Below, piece by piece: positions 1 to 64,000 of a DNA stretch of 64,000 bases. Both the position numbers and the translations under genes were made by a program. Under the pieces are notes generated by a model, which searched no databases, had not been told where the DNA came from, and saw only the letters and a program-made list of their open reading frames with translations. The stretch lies in assembly GCF_009914755.1 (NCBI RefSeq), contig NC_060943.1. One strand, given 5' to 3'. This DNA is from the human T2T-CHM13v2.0 reference genome, Homo sapiens. How positions within the stretch are numbered: the stretch's first letter is position 1; every line of letters begins with the position of its first letter.

Positions 1-529
1 CTCTCCCGCCCCCGACCTGGGCATTTGTGCCGGGCTGTCTGTCTCTCCAGCATCTCTCCTCTTTCTCCCTCCCACCTCGGCCCTTGTGTTCAGGCCCCAT
101 GCCCAGGGTCCTACACCAGCAATCCCCAGGATCACTTCATCCCATCCCCTGCAGCCTCCCCAGACTTTTATGTAAATTCACAATTTTATGTGAATTATGG
201 TCATTTATTAGGAAGCCTTGCAATATCAAGTTATGTTAATAAAGTCCACTTTATTAATTATATAAGAACAATATTTCTTTTCCTTTTTTTTTTCTTTTCT
301 TTTTAAAGAGACAGGATCTCTTTCTGTTGCCCAGGCTAGAGTACAGTTGCAAAATCATAGCTCACTGCAACCTTGAACTCCTGGGCTCAAGCAATCCTCC
401 TGCCTCGGGCTCCTGAGTAGCTGGGACAACAGGTGTGCACCACCACACCTGGCTAAATTTTTTTTTTTTTTCTTTGTAGAGATAGACTCTCACTATGTTA
501 CCCAGGCTGGTCTTGAATTCCTGGGCTCA

Positions 530-934
<405 letters not shown>

Positions 935-1089
935 CTAGAATTAAGGTGACTCCTAAGGAAATAAATAGTTTTTAACTGTACGAACTTTTGGAAGAATGGG
1001 GCCAATTCTTTAATTAAATGCAGCCTCCCTGTTTGTGGAGAAAGAAAAATTTTTCTTAACCCTATTGCCCCATTTCTTTTCTCTTTTAT

Positions 1090-1489
<400 letters not shown>

Positions 1490-1652
1490 TAGCCAGGCTG
1501 ATCTCAAACTCCTGGCCTCAAGTGATCCACCCGCCTCGGCCTCCCAAAGTGCTGGGACTACAGGCGTGAGCCACTGTGCCTGGCCAGGAAGTAGACTCTT
1601 GATATTAGTTCTCTCTGGTTGAAATGTTTTTAAAAATGAAAGAGAATGACTA

Positions 1653-2138
<486 letters not shown>

Positions 2139-2142
2139 TCAG

Positions 2143-2284
2143 GAGGAACAAAACCCAGGCACAGAATTCACCAACAAGAACATGCTGATGACAGTCATTT
2201 ATTTGCTGTTTGCTGGGACGATGACGGTCAGCACCACGGTCGGCTATACCCTCCTGCTCCTGATGAAATACCCTCATGTCCAAA
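2143..2284 (+). CDS. CYP2S1: CYP2S1 exon 6 (I-helix), cytochrome P450 2S1; gene is partial, upstream exons lie outside the window
   Basis: tttcag|GAG..CAAA|gtaaga; 142 bp, the conserved CYP2 exon-6 size; encodes EEQNPGTEFTNKNMLMTVIYLLFAGTMTVSTTVGYTLLLLMKYPHVQ. Confidence 0.95.
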
Positions 2285-3385
2285 GTAAGAGCCTTTTCCA
2301 CTTGCCAGGCCTTGGGAACAGAAGTCAGGGTTCTAGGCTGAGCAAGGTGGCTCACGCCTATAATCCCAGCACTTTGGGAGGCTGAGGCGGGCTGATCACT
2401 TGAGAATAGGAGTTTAAGACCAGCCTGGCCAACACAGTGAAACCCCATCTCTACTGAAAATACAAAAATTAGCGGGTGTGGTGGCATGCACTTGTAATCC
2501 CAGCACTCAGGTGGCTGAGGAGTGAGAATTGTTTGAGCCCAGGAGGTAGAAGTTGCAGTGAGCTGACATCACACCACTGCACTCCAGCCTGGGCGACAGA
2601 GCGAGACACTGTTTCAAAAAGAAAAAAGTGAGAATTCTAGAGGGAAGAGTGGGTGGGCCAAGCAGACAGGCTGAGTTAGATCTTTGAGGCATCGATGGGC
2701 ATGGCGTTTGAGATGTCGAGGAGCCAGAAGAGGTTCAGGAGTTGCTGATTGCAGTATGAGGCACAGTGAAAAACAAGGCAGGTGTCTGTGGGCCTCATCG
2801 CCTTAGTGATACATTAGGTGCCTTATCCTGAGCCATGGGGAGCAATGCAATGACTTTGAGCAGGGGAGGGCAAGGTCAAATTGGTTTTTTATTTTTATTT
2901 TTTTTACTTTTTGTGGGGGATAGACTCTCACTCTGTTGCCCAGGCTGGAGTGCAGTAGTGCGATCTCGGCCCACTGCAACCTCCGGCCTCCTGGGTTCAA
3001 GCAATTCTCCTGCCTCAGCCTCCCAAGTAGCTAGGATTACAAGCATGCACCACCACGCCCAGCTAACTTTTGTATGTTTAGTAGAGACAGGGTTTCCCCA
3101 TGTTGGCCAGGCTGGTCCCGAACTCCTGACCTCAAGTGATCTGCCCACCTCAGCCTTGCAAAGTGCTGGGATTACAGGCATGAGCCAAGGCACCCAGCCC
3201 AACTCTAGCATTTTCGGGTCAGGCAGCTGCTGTGGGCCATGGGGATGGGCTGACCTGGAATATGGGAGTGGAGGTCCTGGTAGTGTTGCAGGAGTGGAAT
3301 TAGCTGTGACTTCCAGCAGTGACTTGGGTTCTCTGAGTCTGTTTCCTCACCTAGGAAATGGGGATGGATAACAATATGTACCTCA

Positions 3386-3592
<207 letters not shown>

Positions 3593-3708
3593 TCAGGAGA
3601 CTGAGGTGGAAGGATCACCTGAGCCCAGGAGGTGAGATGAAGGCTATTACAGTGAGCCGTCATTGTACTACTGCACCAGCCTGGGCAACAGAGTAAGACC
3701 CTGTCTCA

Positions 3709-4014
<306 letters not shown>

Positions 4015-4017
4015 TCA

Positions 4018-4224
<207 letters not shown>

Positions 4225-4361
4225 TCAGTGAGGGCTGGGGGACCACTCCTCCCCACCTGTCAGCCTCACCCCAAACTACAGCTATGCAAGCAGATGGGCT
4301 TCTGAGAGGAGGATCCCTGGGCCCTACCCCCGTCTGACTCCTGCCCTCCTCTTGCTTGCAG

Positions 4362-4549
4362 AGTGGGTACGTGAGGAGCTGAATCGGGAGCTGGGGGCTG
4401 GCCAGGCACCAAGCCTAGGGGACCGTACCCGCCTCCCTTACACCGACGCGGTTCTGCATGAGGCGCAGCGGCTGCTGGCGCTGGTGCCCATGGGAATACC
4501 CCGCACCCTCATGCGGACCACCCGCTTCCGAGGGTACACCCTGCCCCAG
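4362..4549 (+). CDS. CYP2S1: CYP2S1 exon 7 (J/K helices, ExxR motif EAQR)
   Basis: ttgcag|AG..CAG|gtgggt; 188 bp, the conserved CYP2 size; [55 protein letters not shown]. Confidence 0.96.
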
Positions 4550-4630
4550 GTGGGTATGCGTATGGCTGCCACCCATGGTTCTCTGCCTCGGGGCCTGAGC
4601 CCGGGTGGTTTGCTGTCAGTGTCTCCCTGA

Positions 4631-4897
<267 letters not shown>

Positions 4898-5277
4898 TGA
4901 GTAGCTGGGATTACAGGTGCCCACCACCACGCCCAGCTAATTTTTTGTATTTTTAGTAGACACGGGGTTTCATTATGTTGGTCAGGCTGGTCTTGAACTC
5001 CTGACCTCGTGATCTGCCCGCTTCGGCCTCCCAAAGTGCTGGGATTACAGGCGTGAGCCACCGCACCCAGCCATGCTTTCTGCATCTTTTAACTCTTTCT
5101 GTTTCTTTTTGGTTTGTGTTTTCTTCCCCTTTGACTCTATCTCTGGGCCCCATCTGCCCCACAGATCTCCCAATTCTACCTCCTTCCAAGGTGGTTGGGA
5201 CAATCGAATGAGGTAACATACAGAGAAGCAGTTTGAAAACTGAGGAGCAAGTCCAGGACTAAGGGAAGCCCTCTTGA

Positions 5278-5787
<510 letters not shown>

Positions 5788-6236
5788 TGAGCCACTGCAC
5801 CTGGCCTACCCCCTCCTGTTTTGTAGATGGGGCCTTGGGCAAATCACTTCCCCCCCTGAACCTCAATATATCCCTCCTCTACATTAGAAACAATAATAGT
5901 ATCAACTTGAAGCTGTAAGATAATGCTTGTAAAACAAACACCAACTCAACTCTTGGGAACCGGTCCTGTGTACCAGGCAGCAACAATTTAATGATGATAA
6001 TGACAGGTATCCAGGCTTGAGGACCTGCTCTGCACCAGGGGTTATTCTGAGTGCTTTGCATATCTATTATCTCATTTAATCTTTAAAGCAACCCTATACC
6101 ATTATCATGCCCATCTTACAGATAAGGAAACTGAGAGCTTGAAAAGTTTTTAGAGGATTTGCCAAGGTCCCCCAGCCTGCAAATAGTAGATTCAAGATTT
6201 GAACTCAGAGACTATGCCTTAACTACTATTCTTTGC

Positions 6237-6270
<34 letters not shown>

Positions 6271-6422
6271 CTCTCTCTCTCTCTCTTTCTTTCTCTCTTT
6301 CTTGCTCTCTCTTTCTTTCTTTTCTTTTTCTTTCTCTCTTTCTCTCTCTTTCTTCCTTTCTTCCTTCCTCCCTTCCTCCCTTCCTCCCTTCCTGTCTTCC
6401 TCTCTTTCTCTCTTTCTTTCTT
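6237..6422 (+). repeat. (CTTT)n/(CT)n/(CCTT)n polypyrimidine tract grown from an Alu tail
   Basis: Visible; abuts an antisense Alu. Confidence 0.9.
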
Positions 6423-6838
6423 GACAGGGTCTCTCTTTGTCTCCCAGGCTGGGGTGCAGTGGTACAAGCATAGCTCACAGCAGCCTTGAACTCCTAGGCT
6501 CAAGTGATCCTCCCACGTCAGCCTCCTGAGCAGCTGGGACAACGGGCTCATACCACCATGCCTGGCTAATTTTTTAATTTTTCGTAGAGACAAGGTCTTG
6601 TTATATTGCCCAGGCTGGTCTCAAACTCCTGGGCTCAAATGCTTCTCTCACCTCAGCCTCCCACGTGGCTGGGATTACAGGCATGAGCCACTGCACGCCA
6701 CTCAACACTCCACAAATGTTGATGCCATTATGTTTTGTGAACTAGTGTCCCTGGCACCCGAGACTTGTACTCCACACTCGAGGACCAAATAGACTGGGGT
6801 GGGAAGGGGTTTATAGTTTCATTATTATTTCCCCTCAG

Positions 6839-6980
6839 GGCACGGAGGTCTTCCCCCTCCTTGGCTCCATCCTGCATGACCCCAACATCTTCAAGCACCC
6901 AGAAGAGTTCAACCCAGACCGTTTCCTGGATGCAGATGGACGGTTCAGGAAGCATGAGGCGTTCCTGCCCTTCTCCTTAG
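6839..6980 (+). CDS. CYP2S1: CYP2S1 exon 8 (meander, PERF-like PDRF)
   Basis: cctcag|GGC..TTAG|gtatct; 142 bp; GTEVFPLLGSILHDPNIFKHPEEFNPDRFLDADGRFRKHEAFLPFSL. Confidence 0.96.
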
Positions 6981-7160
6981 GTATCTGCTGCAGCCCTGGG
7001 TATCACAAGCAGGTGCTGGCGAACTCCAGGCATCTGTGCCAGCTGGGGGCACCCTTCTGCACCCTGGGCTTACTGTTGGCTCCTCCACGTGCTGTTCCCC
7101 CCGTGGGCCTGGGTGTGAGGAATACTGACTCAGCCCTCTCTCTCTCTCTCTCCTCACCAG

Positions 7161-7369
7161 GGAAGCGTGTCTGCCTTGGAGAGGGCCTGGCAAAAGCGGA
7201 GCTCTTCCTCTTCTTCACCACCATCCTACAAGCCTTCTCCCTGGAGAGCCCGTGCCCGCCGGACACCCTGAGCCTCAAGCCCACCGTCAGTGGCCTTTTC
7301 AACATTCCCCCAGCCTTCCAGCTGCAAGTCCGTCCCACTGACCTTCACTCCACCACGCAGACCAGATGA
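7161..7369 (+). CDS. CYP2S1: CYP2S1 exon 9 coding part (heme-thiolate Cys) to the stop codon
   Basis: caccag|GG; completes FSLGKRVCLG (FxxGxRxCxG); ends ..DLHSTTQTR-TGA at 7367-7369. Confidence 0.96.
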
Positions 7370-8420
7370 AGGAAGGCAACTTGGAAGTGGTGGGTGCCCG
7401 GGACGGTGCCTCCAGCCTCAACAGTGGGCATGGACAGGGTTAATGTCTCCAGAGTGTACACTGCAGGCAGCCACATTTACACGCCTGCAGTTGTTTTCCG
7501 GAGTCTGTCCCACGGCCCACACGCTCACTTGACTCATGCTGCTAAGATGCACAACCGCACACCCATACACAACTACAAGGGCCACAAAGCAACTGCTGGG
7601 TTAGCTTTCCACAGACATAAATATAGTCCATCTGCAATCACAAGCACATAGCCAGGTAACCCACCAACTCCCCTGGATCTGCAGCCCACACGTGGGAGTC
7701 TGGCTGTCACCTTCACAAGCCACAGAAACGGCCACACATGTTCACAGCTCACACGCCCTCTCCATTCATCGAACTTCTCAGTGTCCCTGTCCCTGGTGCC
7801 TGGCACAGGGAACAGCATGCCCCCTCCGGGGTCATGCCACCCAGAGACTGTCGCTGTCTATGGCCCCAACTCATGCTCCCTCTCTTGGCTACACCACTCT
7901 CCCAGCCTGTGACCACAGATGTCCACACACCCCCAACCACTTGTCCACACAGCTACCCACGTACGACATCGTCCTGGCTCCCCAGAGTATCTTCCCACTG
8001 AGACACGCCGCCCCCACAGAGGCACAGTCCCCAGCCACCTCTGCAACTGCAGCCCTCAGTCACCCCTTTTTAAGCACCCTGATTCTACCAAATGCAAACA
8101 CATCTGGGTCTGCGATTATGCACAGAGACTTTGGACATACGAGGACCCTCAGACCGGAGGAACACCTGCCCAACCCCAACACGTGCTTATGTAACCACGT
8201 GGAAAGCGGCCCCTGCTGCCCCTCCACACACACATACACACTCACTGATCTACAGCCCCTGTTCGGCGTCAGAGTCCCCACTAGACCCAGTGGAAGGGGT
8301 TAGAGACCAAGTAGGGGCCAGTTTCCAATTCACCCTGTCAGGGAGTGAGCCGGATCTGACGTTCCTTGTGACTTAAGGGTCCGGCTTGGGAATTAAAGTT
8401 TGTTTCTGGCCTTTAGCCTA
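7370..8420 (+). other. CYP2S1: CYP2S1 3'UTR (~1 kb, CA-rich)
   Basis: Follows the stop codon; ATTAAA at 8392-8397 with GT-rich downstream sequence; 3' end approximate. Confidence 0.75.
8392..8397 (+). terminator. CYP2S1 polyadenylation signal ATTAAA
   Basis: Common variant PAS followed by T/GT-rich elements (gtttgtttct, gcgtgtgtg). Confidence 0.75.
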
Positions 8421-8845
8421 CTGCGTGTGTGACCCGTGTCAGTCACTGTGAGTAAGGGGTGGGGACAGGGGAGTCCACCCCTCCCCTGAGGCTGGGCGGG
8501 AGCTGAAAAACATGGCCACCGCCCACCCTGGCTGTTGACATCAGGACCAGATGTGGAGCTGGGAGGAGGGGCAGGGCTGGTGACGCCCTGGGCCTCATTT
8601 CCAAAAAGGGCCAAGGTGTCCGGCGGTGGGAAGTGGGCAAGGAGGGGGTAACCCAAGCTGGACTGTGGACCTTGGGGGCTTCCTCAGCCAGGGAGAGCCT
8701 GAAGCCAACTAGATCCAGACCCTAGAGACTCTTCAAACTTGAGTACAGGAACTAGCTTGCAACACAGACTCTAAGCCCACTCCCATTTCTTCCACCCTTT
8801 TTCTCTTGCCTCCCCTTCACAAGGAAACCAGAGGCATTTGTAAAT

Positions 8846-19267
<10,422 letters not shown>

Positions 19268-19599
19268 AACAACTATTCTTATTCCCATTTTACAGATGGA
19301 CAAACTGAGGCTCAGGAGGCCAGTCACTTGCCTGTAGCCCACAGTTAGTGGTAGCACTGGGATTCCAACTTGGGTCCCCTTCATGTCGCCTGTATTTGGT
19401 GTCCCATTTAGGCGTCCATGCAGGTTTTGGCGTGTCTGAAGATCTGTGTCTCCCCAAGTAAGTGTCCCCCATGGATGCCCACCCAGCCGTGTCCTCCTGT
19501 CTCTGAGGTTTCTCCAGGAATCGAGCTCCTGGCCTGGCTTGTCTGAGTGTGTCTGTGGGCCAGTAGCATGCCCCTGCCCGTCTGGGTCCCTCTGCGTGT

Positions 19600-20276
19600 C
19601 TCTGCTTGTCCTAGCCTGTGTGTGTCAGTGACGTCTAAGAGTGTGTGTGCGTGCGTGCGTGCGTGTGTGTGTGTGTGTGTGTGTGTGTCCTTGTCCGAGG
19701 AGCCGAGAGAGTGAGGGGGAATGAAGGGCCAAGGAGGCCTGGCTGGGGCTGGGCTGGGGGTGGAGGCGGGGAGAGGGGCGTCACGGCCTGAGCTGAGAGG
19801 GGAGTGGAGTTCTGGAGGAATGTTTACCAGACACAGAGCCCAGAGGGACAGCGCCCAGAGCCCAGATAGAGAGACACGGCCTCACTGGCTCAGGACAGGG
19901 GGCACAGCCACCAGGGTCCCCTTCCCCCTCCTCAGCTCCCTCCCTGGCCCCTTTAAGAAAGAGCTGATCCTCTCCTCTCTTGAGTTAACCCCTGATTGTC
20001 CAGGTGGCCCCTGGGCTCTGGCCCTGGTGGGCGGAGGCAAAGGGGGAGCCAGGGGCGGAGAAAGGGTTGCCCAAGTCTGGGAGTGAGGGAAGGAGGCAGG
20101 GGTGCTGAGAAGGCGGCTGCTGGGCAGAGCCGGTGGCAAGGGCCTCCCCTGCCGCTGTGCCAGGCAGGCAGTGCCAAATCCGGGGAGCCTGGAGCTGGGG
20201 GGAGGGCCGGGGACAGCCCGGCCCTGCCCCCTCCCCCGCTGGGAGCCCAGCAACTTCTGAGGAAAGTTTGGCACCC
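19600..20276 (+). promoter_or_regulatory. AXL: AXL TATA-less GC-rich promoter and 5'UTR
   Basis: GC boxes (GGGCGG) near 20029 and 20053, TEAD GGAATG at 19718 and 19817, CRE-like TGACGTCT at 19629, G-tracts at 19745-19778; directly upstream of the AXL ATG. Confidence 0.75.
19641..19688 (+). repeat. (TG)n/(TGCG)n microsatellite in the AXL promoter
   Basis: Alternating purine-pyrimidine tract. Confidence 0.9.
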
Positions 20277-60763
<40,487 letters not shown>

Positions 60764-60806
60764 GACAACCCTCCACCTGGTACTCCCTCTCAGGATCCAA
60801 GCTAAG

Positions 60807-60814
60807 CACTGCCA
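60807..60814 (+). promoter_or_regulatory. miR-34/449 family 8mer target site CACTGCCA in the AXL 3'UTR
   Basis: Exact complement of seed GGCAGUG plus A1; AXL is an established miR-34a target. Confidence 0.85.
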
Positions 60815-61019
60815 CTGGGGAAAACTCCACCTTCCCACTTTCCCACCCCACGCCTTATCCCCACTTGCAGCCCTGTCTTCCTACCTATCCCACCTCCATC
60901 CCAGACAGGTCCCTCCCCTTCTCTGTGCAGTAGCATCACCTTGAAAGCAGTAGCATCACCATCTGTAAAAGGAAGGGGTTGGATTGCAATATCTGAAGCC
61001 CTCCCAGGTGTTAACATTC

Positions 61020-62370
<1,351 letters not shown>

Positions 62371-62602
62371 TATACTGTAGTATTCTTTGGGGTGCCCCTC
62401 TCCTTCTTAGCTATCATTGCTTCCTCCTCCCCAACTGTGGGGGTGTGCCCCCTTCAAGCCTGTGCAATGCATTAGGGATGCCTCCTTTCCCGCAGGGGAT
62501 GGACGATCTCCCACCTTTCGGGCCATGTTGCCCCCGTGAGCCAATCCCTCACCTTCTGAGTACAGAGTGTGGACTCTGGTGCCTCCAGAGGGGCTCAGGT
62601 CA

Positions 62603-62608
62603 CATAAA
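62603..62608 (+). terminator. AXL non-canonical poly(A) signal CATAAA
   Basis: Known PAS variant at the end of the UTR, followed by TGTCT/TTTT elements. Confidence 0.6.
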
Positions 62609-63099
62609 ACTTTGTATATCAACGAGCTTCTGTCTCCTCTTGTCTCCTTTTAGCTGTGATGTGGCCCCATTCCCTGGCAATTCAGTTCCCCCATCAGAAA
62701 AAAGAAGGGCTTGGTAGGGTCTTGGAATTCTGTCCTCACTAGAGAGGGTAGAAATGAACACACAGATAGACAAAAAGACATACAAGCAAAGAGATGCAGG
62801 TTCTCAGAAACCCCCAGTGAGGAACTGGCATACAGATCCAGGATCACAGACACACACACACACACACACACCTGTTCCGCCGCAAACTAACAGACACATG
62901 AATTAATGGACACACCCAGGAGGACCTGGTCACAAATACAGAGACTGAAACTCAGACGCATAGAGTAACACAGACACACAGAATTACACAGACACAAGCA
63001 TATTTACAAACATGCTCAGGCAGATACCCGCCACGAATAGGAAGAGACACAGACCTAGAGTCAAGTGACACAAATACTCAAGAGACATGTAGAGTACAA

Positions 63100-63925
<826 letters not shown>

Positions 63926-64000
63926 CAACAAAAAAAAGAACTGGATGCGTCTGATCTGACGCACGCCTGTTTGTTTACGACTGCGGGGTGTGCCTTTGTC

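Noticed and set aside
6981-6990. GTATCT donor as a possible U12-type intron
   Set aside because: Lacks the GTATCCTT consensus and a TCCTTAAC branch site; treated as a weak U2 donor.
7692-8303. 203-aa ORF in the CYP2S1 3'UTR
   Set aside because: GTG start, CA-rich low-complexity sequence, no protein-like signal.
20167-20173. 5'UTR GGCAGTG complementary to the 3'UTR miR-34 site
   Set aside because: A 7-nt match is expected by chance; no extended pairing seen.

Overview
Human (primate) genomic DNA, recognisable as the chr19q13.2 CYP2S1-AXL-HNRNPUL1 interval. It holds the last four coding exons (6-9) and 3'UTR of CYP2S1 (+), an Alu-dense ~11-kb intergenic region, and the complete 20-exon AXL receptor tyrosine kinase gene (+). 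The AXL CDS runs from ATG 20277 to TGA 60763; the exon lengths sum to 2685 nt = 894 aa. A CpG-rich promoter/first-exon region at the far right probably belongs to HNRNPUL1. Most ORFs in the supplied track are Alu or microsatellite artefacts. I found no new multi-gene system. The most notable unexplained structures are: (1) a full-length tRNA-Lys(TTT)-like copy with leader and trailer, nested with an Alu inside one target-site duplication in AXL intron 10; (2) a ~1-kb degenerate (GATTCTAA)-type octamer array making up about half of the AXL 3'UTR; (3) an Alu-flanked exon 13-14 circle whose back-splice junction would create an ATG and a stop-free infinite ORF; (4) three in-frame stop-free introns; (5) a 25-bp VNTR just upstream of the alternatively spliced 27-nt exon 10; (6) an Alu-mediated template-switch inverted duplication upstream of AXL; (7) a TEAD/AP-1 composite enhancer and an internal CpG-rich promoter in AXL intron 4. 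Repeat boundaries and subfamily names are approximate, by-eye calls.
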